Shown here: positions 35,462 to 42,726 of the stretch, piece by piece
How positions within the stretch are numbered: position 1 is the stretch's first letter
Layout of the letters: each line of letters opens with the position of its first letter
Virus record (IMG/VR): IMGVR_UViG_3300042868_005339
Length of the DNA: 64,000 nucleotides
Reading direction: 5' to 3' (one strand)
Source of the DNA: a virus
Notes under the pieces: model-generated
Databases searched by the model: none
The model's input: the letters and a program-made list of their open reading frames with translations, nothing else
Told to the model about the DNA's origin: nothing
Position numbers and translations under genes: made by a program

Positions 35462-35728
35462 ATGAGCAACGCCACACAAGCCGCCTACATCTCCGATGCC
35501 TCCGCCCTGATCGACACCGCGCATCTCTGCTGCACGACTCAGGAGCAAGCCAAGAATCTGTATCGTCACGCGATGCAAATCCTTCGGGCAATCCCGACCG
35601 CTGGTCTTCCATTCATCGAGGTGCGGTCGATCCGCAACCTGACCGGCGAGGCCGAGTCTCATCTCAACGTCATCCTCGATTCCGAGGCCGCTCAACTCAA
35701 ACCAATACCAACCGCATGGAAACGCTAG
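35462..35728 (+). CDS. hypothetical protein (first rightward gene of the switch)
   Basis: Internal ATG of the 34769-35728 track ORF. MSNATQAAYISDASALIDTAHLCCTTQEQAKNLYRHAMQIL... Confidence 0.45.
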   Translation: MSNATQAAYISDASALIDTAHLCCTTQEQAKNLYRHAMQILRAIPTAGLPFIEVRSIRNLTGEAESHLNVILDSEAAQLKPIPTAWKR

Positions 35729-35937
35729 AAGCCGCCGCCCACTGGGAAGAACTCGCCGCAAAGGAGGACCGCTGGGCGGACTTCCTAGAGTCGGGGAAAG
35801 CCACTCACACCACGGAACGCCCGGACGGAAGTCGTGGTCGTGCGCGGTCTTATCGGAACACTGCGCTGGCGATGCGCATGTCTGCGGAGACTGGTCGGCG
35901 GTATTGCTCATGCACGACGCCACCGCACGCGCTCTGA
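35716..35937 (+). CDS. hypothetical protein
   Basis: Internal ATG of the 35443-35937 track ORF. METLEAAAHWEELAAKEDRWADFLESGK... Confidence 0.4.
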   Translation: METLEAAAHWEELAAKEDRWADFLESGKATHTTERPDGSRGRARSYRNTALAMRMSAETGRRYCSCTTPPHAL

Positions 35938-35959
35938 ATGAATCGAACGAGCAATCACG

Positions 35960-36121
35960 ATGTCAGAACTTTGGAATCAGGCCACGAATCCATCTATTCT
36001 GCGGCTTGAATGTGAGCACAAACAATGCTCTCGTGTTGCGAGGGTGTGCAAGGCCACAATCAAACGCCATAATCTGCCAGTACGAGAATTGAGCAATGGA
36101 ACATTGCTTGCCATCGGATGA
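35960..36121 (+). CDS. hypothetical 53-aa protein
   Basis: Not in the track. MSELWNQATNPSILRLECEHKQCSRVARVCKATIKRHNLPVRELSNGTLLAIG. Confidence 0.4.
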   Translation: MSELWNQATNPSILRLECEHKQCSRVARVCKATIKRHNLPVRELSNGTLLAIG

Positions 36122-36261
36122 GTGACGCCGACAAGCCCGCTGCTTTCTTCGCTCTGCTTGCCAAACGGCAGGCGGAGCACGAAGCGCGACAAGCGCAGGA
36201 AAGACGCGAGGAGGAAGACCGCAAACTTGCCAAGCTAAAACCCTGGTGGCAGGAGCCGTGA
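36118..36261 (+). CDS. hypothetical 47-aa protein
   Basis: Not in the track. ATGA overlap with the previous ORF. MSDADKPAAFFALLAKRQAEHEARQAQERREEEDRKLAKLKPWWQEP. Confidence 0.4.
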   Translation: MSDADKPAAFFALLAKRQAEHEARQAQERREEEDRKLAKLKPWWQEP

Positions 36262-36326
36262 AACACATCAAAGGGCCGAAAAACCACTTGCACAAAACGG
36301 ACGATTGAACCAAAGTTAGAAACTAT

Positions 36327-36623
36327 ATGAAAAACAGAAGCATAAGCGCCGCCGAGCTAAAAACACTCACAAATCAAAAGTCTCTTCCAAGGGCGATTAC
36401 AGATATTGCCATTAGGATGCAGAAAAGAACTTGGGCAATCGCCGGAAAACTGGTTCAATGGAGCGGTATAAATTGGGAAAAGGATTATGTGTCTTTTTCC
36501 CTGATTGAATCCGCTGGAGAAAATGCAGCAAGCTATCGTTTCTGGCGCGTCTCAATTGAGGATGCGCTAGATTGCATCAGCGGAAAACTAGACGGCACAA
36601 ATAGCCTAGAAAGGACGGCTTGA
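36327..36623 (+). CDS. hypothetical protein
   Basis: 98-aa ORF. Confidence 0.55.
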   Translation: MKNRSISAAELKTLTNQKSLPRAITDIAIRMQKRTWAIAGKLVQWSGINWEKDYVSFSLIESAGENAASYRFWRVSIEDALDCISGKLDGTNSLERTA

Positions 36624-36652
36624 GCCATGAGAGCTATTTTGGAATAAATAAT

Positions 36653-36874
36653 ATGACAACCGAAGCAAAACCAGAACTGGTGACGACATTCACCGAACGA
36701 TATGAACGAGCCGAAAAACTGCTCGAAACCATTCTCGAAAGTGCCGCAAAACAATACAAGGACGGCGCTTCCCGAAGAGTCGCGAAAATCGGCACCATGA
36801 AAGCTATCATCATGCGTTGGGCCGCTCGCGAGCCTGAGTGCATGGAGTCACTTGAATACCTTTCGACACACTAA
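36653..36874 (+). CDS. hypothetical protein
   Basis: Start taken at MTTEAKPE (aataatATG context). Confidence 0.55.
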   Translation: MTTEAKPELVTTFTERYERAEKLLETILESAAKQYKDGASRRVAKIGTMKAIIMRWAAREPECMESLEYLSTH

Positions 36875-36877
36875 AAT

Positions 36878-37096
36878 ATGAACCTCGCAGCGCTACTCAA
36901 AAAACACCTCGATGAAGGTCCGCACGGATCAGTAACCAAAATGGCTCGATTGATCGGCACTGATCGCCAGCGTCTTTACGAATGGGCCAGCGGCAAAGTG
37001 AAGCCGCGCAAAGAAACGGTGCCAACGATTGTGGAATATTTGCAATCTTTGAAAGCGCCGAAAAAGCAACTGGACAAAGCGGACAAATCGGACTAA
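36878..37096 (+). CDS. small HTH protein
   Basis: SVTKMARLIGTDRQRLYEWASGKVKP. Confidence 0.55.
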   Translation: MNLAALLKKHLDEGPHGSVTKMARLIGTDRQRLYEWASGKVKPRKETVPTIVEYLQSLKAPKKQLDKADKSD

Positions 37097-37120
37097 CATT
37101 ACAACTCACCCCGATAAAAT

Positions 37121-37471
37121 ATGAATACAAGAGAAGCATTAAATGAACTGGCCGATGCAGCCTATAAAAACGCATCAGACAAAGGATTCCATGACGCGGA
37201 TTACGAATACTCATCCGTTGAACTCTATGCTAAATGGACAGCAAATCTTCACGGAGAAGTTAGCGAGCTTTGGGAAGCAGCACGCAAGGGCCATCTTGAG
37301 AGCCAATGCGACAAAGATTGCCCACTTACTTGCGAAGAAGAGGAATTCGCAGACATTATCATCCGTGTTCTTGACTCTTCCAAAGCACGCAGCATCGACA
37401 TTGGCAGAGCCGTTGAAATGAAGATGGCTTACAACGCAGGTCGCGAATATATGCACGGCAAACTAGCATGA
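37121..37471 (+). CDS. mazG: MazG-like nucleoside triphosphate pyrophosphohydrolase
   Basis: LHGEVSELWEAARKG...EEEEFADIIIRVLD...IDIGRAVEMKMAYNAGR. Confidence 0.75.
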   Translation: MNTREALNELADAAYKNASDKGFHDADYEYSSVELYAKWTANLHGEVSELWEAARKGHLESQCDKDCPLTCEEEEFADIIIRVLDSSKARSIDIGRAVEMKMAYNAGREYMHGKLA

Positions 37472-37629
37472 AAATCGACCGCACTCCTGGCGTTATCGCC
37501 GCACTTGATTACCTCGGAATTGATGTCGGCACCATGCCAGTTATTGGGCGCACCAACCACGCATTTCCAAAGCGCAAACCGGATAACTGGAAAAGCATTA
37601 TCGCAGCATTCAAACTTAGGTTCAGTTAA
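37468..37629 (+). CDS. hypothetical 53-aa protein
   Basis: Not in the track. ATGA overlap with the mazG stop. MKIDRTPGVIAALDYLGIDVGTMPVIGRTNHAFPKRKPDNWKSIIAAFKLRFS. Confidence 0.45.
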   Translation: MKIDRTPGVIAALDYLGIDVGTMPVIGRTNHAFPKRKPDNWKSIIAAFKLRFS

Positions 37630-37655
37630 TTTCTCACCCACATAAAACACAAAAT

Positions 37656-38021
37656 ATGAAAAATATCGACAGTCTTACTATCGGAGAGGCTAAACAAATC
37701 GCATCATTTTTTAATCAATCATGTCAGCAGGAACAATCCCACCCAATGCTTGGACGACGCTGCCTTGTTCGCACTTATTCGGCAGGTGTTCATATTGGCG
37801 ATGTGGTAAGCGTCACTAATGGAACGGAAGTGCTACTTAAAAACGCATTGCGCCTATGGAAATGGGAGGGTGGCGGCCTTAGCTTGTCTGTAGTGGCAAA
37901 TACCGGCATCAAAGGTGGTCGCTTAAACAAAACTAACGAGGTTTTACTCACCAACGCCATTGAATTTATTCCAACAACAACTGAGGCTGAAAAGTCCTAT
38001 GAACGATTTATTGAGGAATAA
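37656..38021 (+). CDS. hypothetical protein
   Basis: 121-aa ORF. Confidence 0.6.
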   Translation: MKNIDSLTIGEAKQIASFFNQSCQQEQSHPMLGRRCLVRTYSAGVHIGDVVSVTNGTEVLLKNALRLWKWEGGGLSLSVVANTGIKGGRLNKTNEVLLTNAIEFIPTTTEAEKSYERFIEE

Positions 38022-38211
38022 GCATCACGGTCACGCAGTTGGCTATGGCTCTGGCTCTGGCGATGGCTCTGGCGATGGCTCTGGCTCTGGCTATGGCGAT
38101 GGCGATGGCGATGGCTCTGGCGATGGCTCTGGCGATGGCTCTGGCTCTGGCTATGGCGATGGCGATGGCGATGGCTCTGGCGATGGCTCTGGCGATGGCT
38201 ACTGTGAATAG
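37999..38211 (+). CDS. 70-aa Gly/Ser/Asp/Tyr repeat peptide (coding status uncertain)
   Basis: MNDLLRNKHHGHAVGYGSGSGDGSGDG...GDGYCE. The ATG overlaps the end of the previous gene. All frames are open because of the repeat. Confidence 0.4.
   Translation: MNDLLRNKHHGHAVGYGSGSGDGSGDGSGSGYGDGDGDGSGDGSGDGSGSGYGDGDGDGSGDGSGDGYCE
38041..38202. repeat. 27 tandem hexamers (GGCTCT/GGCGAT/GGCTAT) with a 60-nt higher-order period
   Basis: Counted directly. 38101-38160 is repeated at 38161-38196, and 38053-38100 matches 38113-38160. Confidence 0.95.
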
Positions 38212-38450
38212 TCGGAATACAAATCATACCAAATAAAAAAAACTTTAGCAGTTCATCACAATAAAATGCAGCGAGAAAGCGATGCCGGGAAGACTGCCTC
38301 CGTTTTACGGTGGAGATTGCAAGGCTAGTGAGTATCTAATAGATCGTCGATGGATAAGAAGCTGCACTGCTAATTCAATTTTATCACCCACATACAAAAC
38401 ATGAGAAGTTTTTATGTTGACGGAATGATTAAAAACATCTCTATTAATAG

Positions 38451-39092
38451 ATGCCTAAAATTATAGATAAGACAAAACAAAAATTTGGAAGACTTCAGCC
38501 TATTTCTCTTGCTTCGAGGCATAAAAATGGAAAGCCTAGATGGCTTTGTAAATGTGATTGCGGAAATGAAGTAATCGTGACATCAGCAGACCTTGGAAGG
38601 AGTTCAAATTCTTGCGGATGTCTTAGAAAAGAAAAGACTTCTCAACGAAGAACAACTCACGGTTTGTCAAACACGCGAACTTATAATTGCTGGTGGGCAA
38701 TCAGACTTCGTTGCGACTATCCAAGCAGTAGGCACTATTACCGATATGGAATGCGCGGGATAAAGGTTTGCGATGAATGGAAAAACAGCTTTCAATCATT
38801 TCTTGATGACATGGGAGAATGCCCATCAAACAAGCACTCAATAGATAGAATAGACAATTCAGGAAATTACACCAAACAAAACTGCCGATGGGCAACGTCT
38901 AGAGAGCAAGCTCAAAACACCAGAACGAATAATAAAATAACTTGGAACGGAGAAACCAAATGCTTAATCCAATGGGAGCGAGATTTGGGATTTCCATACA
39001 ACTGTCTCCAGCAGCGTATAGTGAAGCGTAAATGGAGTATTGAAAAAGCATTCACAACACCACTACTAAAATGCAAGAACACACCGAAATAG
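38451..39092 (+). CDS. homing-endonuclease-like protein, paralog 1 (zinc ribbon plus DRIDN..GNY..RWAT domain)
   Basis: KFGRLQPIS...WLCKCDCGNEV...SCGCLR...HSIDRIDNSGNYTKQNCRWATSREQAQN...KWSIEKAFTTP. AT-rich. Confidence 0.7.
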   Translation: MPKIIDKTKQKFGRLQPISLASRHKNGKPRWLCKCDCGNEVIVTSADLGRSSNSCGCLRKEKTSQRRTTHGLSNTRTYNCWWAIRLRCDYPSSRHYYRYGMRGIKVCDEWKNSFQSFLDDMGECPSNKHSIDRIDNSGNYTKQNCRWATSREQAQNTRTNNKITWNGETKCLIQWERDLGFPYNCLQQRIVKRKWSIEKAFTTPLLKCKNTPK

Positions 39093-39871
39093 AAATCCTG
39101 AAACCCGAAACTCTTTCCGCGATTGAGCAAATTTCTCGCGCTGAGATCGACTGCCAAATCAGCACTGCCAAGAAGTATCCGCGCTCTTTGTCATCGGTAA
39201 AAAAAGACATGCTGGCATTTGCCACGCTTGACCAAGAAACATCTGAGGGCTGCTTTTACAGCCTTCCTCGCGGTGGAAAAACAATCCAAGGGCCATCTGT
39301 TCGTTTGGCTGAAATCGCCGTCTCTTGTTATGGAAACCTTCGCGCTGGTGTTCGCATTATCAATACTGTATCAACGGGTGACAATCCACATGTAGTGCTT
39401 CAAGCAGTGTGCCACGATCTCGAAAAAAACGTGGCGATTCAAGTAGAAAAGCGTCGTCGCATCGTTGGGAAGAAGTCCAAAGGTGGAGCAATTGATGAAG
39501 ATGACATCAATCTTGCCGCTAATGCTGGTGCTGCTATCGCTTTCCGTGATGCGGTTTTTAAAGTGATTCCTGGGGCTTTGATTAAACCTGTGTGCGATGA
39601 AGCAAAACGTGTTGCAATTGGTGATTCTAAGACCCTCTCGGAACGTCGCCAACGTGCCATCGACAGCTTTGGCAAGATGTCTGTCAGCAAGGACAAAATC
39701 CTAGCATTTCTTGGCAAGAAGTCGGTTGAAGACATCGACCTGACAGACCTTGAAACGATGTTTGGACTTCATACAGCCATCAAGGACGGCCACACCACTG
39801 TTGACGAAGCATTCACGCCTAAAGCAGAAGTTGCCGATCTGAAACTTCCAAGCCAGAAGGAGTCCGCATGA
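39071..39871 (+). CDS. putative single-strand annealing / recombination protein
   Basis: 266 aa. Its stop overlaps the start of the PD-(D/E)XK exonuclease (ATGA). GPSVRLAEIAVSCYGNL motif. Family not assigned. Confidence 0.5.
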   Translation: MQEHTEIEILKPETLSAIEQISRAEIDCQISTAKKYPRSLSSVKKDMLAFATLDQETSEGCFYSLPRGGKTIQGPSVRLAEIAVSCYGNLRAGVRIINTVSTGDNPHVVLQAVCHDLEKNVAIQVEKRRRIVGKKSKGGAIDEDDINLAANAGAAIAFRDAVFKVIPGALIKPVCDEAKRVAIGDSKTLSERRQRAIDSFGKMSVSKDKILAFLGKKSVEDIDLTDLETMFGLHTAIKDGHTTVDEAFTPKAEVADLKLPSQKESA

Positions 39872-40665
39872 TCATCCTAGACGAACAAACATACCGATCT
39901 CATCCGGCTGCTAATTTCAGCAGCTTGAAGACGATCCTCAAGTCTCCAAAGCATTATCAATCGTCCCTCAAAAAGACGTTTGAGCCAACGATTGAGATGA
40001 CTATTGGAACCATCGTCCACGAAGCCATTCTCGAAGGCAAACCATACAGCCATACCGTCAAGCCTGCTGACATTGATCTTCGGACCAAAGAAGGAAAGGC
40101 ATGGCGCGATAAACACGCTGGCATGACCATCCTTTCTCTGGCTGAGCATGCAACAGTCGTCCGCACGGTTGAAGCTGTGCGCAATAGTACTGATGCCCAA
40201 TACTTGCTCAACCTGTGCAAGCAGCGCGAAGTAGGCATTGTGAACAATTACAAGGGCGTCGAGATCAAGGGCAGACTTGACGCATACGGCCAGGATGAGG
40301 GTGGTAAGCCGCTCATCGTGGATTTCAAGACGACGAGTGAAGCTGATCCTGAGCTATGGGGACGCAAGGCATTTGGCCTGCGATACATGATGCAGATGCA
40401 GTATTACAAGGCGCTACTGTCTCTGGAGCTTGGCCTCGATGTTGAGCCAGCGTATATCTGGCTTGTTGCTGAAACGAACGAGGCCGCAGACGTGTGCATT
40501 TATCAGCCGCCACCTGAGGCAATCGCCATCGGTCAGGCTCAAATGGACTATGCTGTCGAAACTTATAAGAAGTGCCTTGAAACCGGACAGTGGCAAGGAT
40601 ACGGTAAAGGAATAATTCAATTAGAAGTACCTTTCTTTGAGAGAAAGAAATGGCTCAAACAATAA
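39868..40665 (+). CDS. PD-(D/E)XK (RecB/Cas4-like) recombination exonuclease
   Basis: GTIVHEAILEG ... GRLD ... LIVDFKTT ... MMQMQYYKALL (QxxxY). Confidence 0.75.
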   Translation: MIILDEQTYRSHPAANFSSLKTILKSPKHYQSSLKKTFEPTIEMTIGTIVHEAILEGKPYSHTVKPADIDLRTKEGKAWRDKHAGMTILSLAEHATVVRTVEAVRNSTDAQYLLNLCKQREVGIVNNYKGVEIKGRLDAYGQDEGGKPLIVDFKTTSEADPELWGRKAFGLRYMMQMQYYKALLSLELGLDVEPAYIWLVAETNEAADVCIYQPPPEAIAIGQAQMDYAVETYKKCLETGQWQGYGKGIIQLEVPFFERKKWLKQ

Positions 40666-40700
40666 TTTGACTGGAAGCGGTTCCAGTATTAAATAGATAA

Positions 40701-41447
40701 ATGCACAATGAACCATCAAGAATTCAGCAGCAAGGGTGGAAAATCGAAATCGAAAGCAAAAATGGAAGCCATGCGGAAAAATCTTGCAAAAGGCAGAGAA
40801 AAAATAGCCTTGCGAATAAAATCCAAGAAGGACAAATCTTCTCAATGCTTACCGCCATCGCAGAAAAAGGAAGGGATAAAAAGCAAAGCTTAATATGGTT
40901 ATTTCAATGCGATTGTGGAAATAGTCTTATTGCAACTGTATCCAATGTGATAAGTAATAATACCAGATCATGCGGTTGCTTGAGAATAGTTGGAAAAACT
41001 ACTCATTCCGCGTGTGGAACACCTGAGCATAAAGCGTGGGGATCAATTAAAGATAGATGCTTTTGCAAAACGAACTGCAACTACAAATACTATGGCGCAA
41101 GAGGAATAACAATGTTTGAAGAGTGGCGATCTTCATTTCAGGCATTTTACCATTACATTGGGCCGAGGCCAAGCCCGTCTCACTCTATTGATCGTATTGA
41201 TGTGAATGGCAACTATGAACCCGGCAATGTGAGATGGGCGACTGATCTTGATCAGGCAAACAATAGGAGAAACAACAAATTTATTGAGTTTAATGGAGCC
41301 ACTTTGACATGCTCCCAATGGTCGGCTAAACTTGGATTTAAGAGACATACAATACATAACCGTCTAAGAGATGGTTGGAGCATTGAGAAAACTTTAACAA
41401 CCCCACTAAAACAAACAATATGCCAACACCAATCATCATTAAACTAG
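40701..41447 (+). CDS. homing-endonuclease-like protein, paralog 2 (start/frame at the N-terminus ambiguous)
   Basis: QEGQIFSMLTAI...WLFQCDCGNSL...SCGCLR...HSIDRIDVNGNYEPGNVRWATDLDQANN...GWSIEKTLTTP. Confidence 0.65.
   Translation: MHNEPSRIQQQGWKIEIESKNGSHAEKSCKRQRKNSLANKIQEGQIFSMLTAIAEKGRDKKQSLIWLFQCDCGNSLIATVSNVISNNTRSCGCLRIVGKTTHSACGTPEHKAWGSIKDRCFCKTNCNYKYYGARGITMFEEWRSSFQAFYHYIGPRPSPSHSIDRIDVNGNYEPGNVRWATDLDQANNRRNNKFIEFNGATLTCSQWSAKLGFKRHTIHNRLRDGWSIEKTLTTPLKQTICQHQSSLN
40708..40893 (+). CDS. Lys/Gly-rich leader ORF overlapping paralog 2 in another frame
   Basis: MNHQEFSSKGGKSKSKAKMEAMRKNLAKGREK... is protein-like only up to the A6 run at 40799-40804. Confidence 0.35.
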   Translation: MNHQEFSSKGGKSKSKAKMEAMRKNLAKGREKIALRIKSKKDKSSQCLPPSQKKEGIKSKA

Positions 41448-41734
41448 ACGTAACCAAGCTCAAAAAAGAGTGGTTTTTCAAAGGAGCTAAAGGCACCTAC
41501 GTTGATCTTGTGCTTTACGAAAATGATCGTGAATCACCTTACGGAGATACTCACACACTCAAACAGTCTCCAAATAAAGAAGCGCGTGACGCTGGAGAAA
41601 AAGCAATCATAGCTGGCAATGGAAAATGGATGCCTCAAAAAGTTGGCTCGCGCTCATCCGCACCAAGAACAGCAACGCCAGCAAGAGAGCACCCGTTAAT
41701 GAAAGACGAAGATACAACGGATATTCCGTGGTGA
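41420..41734 (+). CDS. small SSB-like protein candidate
   Basis: 104 aa. The C-terminal acidic tip DEDTTDIPW resembles the SSB DDDIPF tail. Lies in the recombination module. Confidence 0.4.
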   Translation: MPTPIIIKLDVTKLKKEWFFKGAKGTYVDLVLYENDRESPYGDTHTLKQSPNKEARDAGEKAIIAGNGKWMPQKVGSRSSAPRTATPAREHPLMKDEDTTDIPW

Positions 41735-41752
41735 TCAGTTAACCGCCCGTTT

Positions 41753-41776
41753 GCCGAGGGTTAAATCGGCTTTTTG
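41753..41776 (+). terminator. small rho-independent terminator
   Basis: GCCGA-gggttaaa-TCGGC followed by TTTTTG. Confidence 0.45.
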
Positions 41777-41783
41777 ATAAAAT

Positions 41784-42254
41784 ATGAAACCACCAAATCA
41801 ACGAACCGCAACGATTGGAGATATGCTGATATTTGCTTCACAGCAAAACGGCAAGGCGACGTCGAAAAAAGCATCGGCAATCATCTCTTATTGCCTTAGC
41901 AACATCACTGATCTTCAGCCTCTTTCTGAATTACCATGGCAGTCTCGCAAGTGGGCAGTTCCAGCTTGGCATGAGATTCAGCGTGTTGGAATCTTGGATA
42001 GGCTAGAATTGCTAAGTCCAGAGAAGCCAAGGCCACTGGATTATATTTCACCACCAATCTTTCGTGTCCGCTATCTTTGCAATATTCTTGGGCTGTATTA
42101 TGGCAAGATCAACAGCCGAACTCTGATCACTCGTCAGCCAGTTGAGCTAGTTCAATCCATCTCTCACGCTTACGATTCTGAATCCGCTTTATTCGCCATG
42201 GAGATTGATCAAAACGCTAAACCAACAACGCTATGTACGCCTCAGAACTCATAA
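41784..42254 (+). CDS. hypothetical protein
   Basis: 156-aa ORF. Confidence 0.55.
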   Translation: MKPPNQRTATIGDMLIFASQQNGKATSKKASAIISYCLSNITDLQPLSELPWQSRKWAVPAWHEIQRVGILDRLELLSPEKPRPLDYISPPIFRVRYLCNILGLYYGKINSRTLITRQPVELVQSISHAYDSESALFAMEIDQNAKPTTLCTPQNS

Positions 42255-42397
42255 TCGAACTGCAAAGGATCGTCAAAATTCATGGCGATGTAACTGTTAA
42301 GTGCGTCACAGATAAAACCGAGTCAATCGCCTCAGACGTTTACTATAAAAGCGGCGGACTTTCGCAGCAACCAAGCATTAAAATCATCGCACAATGA
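42233..42397 (+). CDS. hypothetical 54-aa protein
   Basis: Not in the track. MYASELIIELQRIVKIHGDVTVKCV... Its stop overlaps the next ATG (ATGA). Confidence 0.45.
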   Translation: MYASELIIELQRIVKIHGDVTVKCVTDKTESIASDVYYKSGGLSQQPSIKIIAQ

Positions 42398-42588
42398 AAC
42401 TTACTCTTAAACCAACAATCAATCCTCCTCGAGAAGGCATACCATCGCCAACGATCTCGATTGAGATTCCAGACGATGACATGACATGCCGAGCCACCAT
42501 TATGGACTTAGTGTTTCCGCTTCTTAATGCTGCATATCCAAGTAGTAACGTGCGTAATTACTTCAATACAGACGAAATCGACCTATGA
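42394..42588 (+). CDS. hypothetical protein
   Basis: 64-aa ORF. Confidence 0.5.
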   Translation: MKLTLKPTINPPREGIPSPTISIEIPDDDMTCRATIMDLVFPLLNAAYPSSNVRNYFNTDEIDL

Positions 42589-42725
42589 CTCCCAACAAAG
42601 AAAAGATCGCATTGTTTGACGATGCGATTGTCTATCACTCCTGCAAAGAAGAAATCAGCAAAGCTGAATCCGAATGGATTGAGTGGGCAAGGATTCGCGT
42701 GATGGAACTAGAAATGGAGGGATAA
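42585..42725 (+). CDS. hypothetical 46-aa protein
   Basis: Not in the track. ATGA overlap with the upstream stop. MTPNKEKIALFDDAIVYHSCKEEISKAESEWIEWARIRVMELEMEG. Confidence 0.45.
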   Translation: MTPNKEKIALFDDAIVYHSCKEEISKAESEWIEWARIRVMELEMEG

Positions 42726-42726
42726 T

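Noticed and set aside
34769-35937. Long overlapping ORFs in the GC-rich block (319 aa and 164 aa on plus; 143 and 177 aa on minus)
   Set aside because: High GC keeps several frames open. The 319-aa ORF would run through the opposite-strand HTH gene and the operator gap. Only its last 88 codons (from ATG 35462) and the last 73 codons of the 164-aa ORF (from ATG 35716) look protein-like and fit the spacing. The minus-strand ORFs translate to Arg/Pro/Ser/Gly-rich strings.
38041-38202. CRISPR array (also considered for the 33-nt repeats at 59276-59449 and the 11-bp repeats at 3339-3382)
   Set aside because: All are head-to-tail tandem repeats without unique spacers. Two of them are in-frame coding repeats. 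No cas genes are present.
37997-38236. 76-aa minus-strand (HRQS)n and 65-aa plus-strand (MALA)n ORFs
   Set aside because: They are alternative frames of the hexamer array and are open only because the repeat has no stops. They lack a sensible start context, unlike the Gly-x frame, which overlaps the preceding gene's end.
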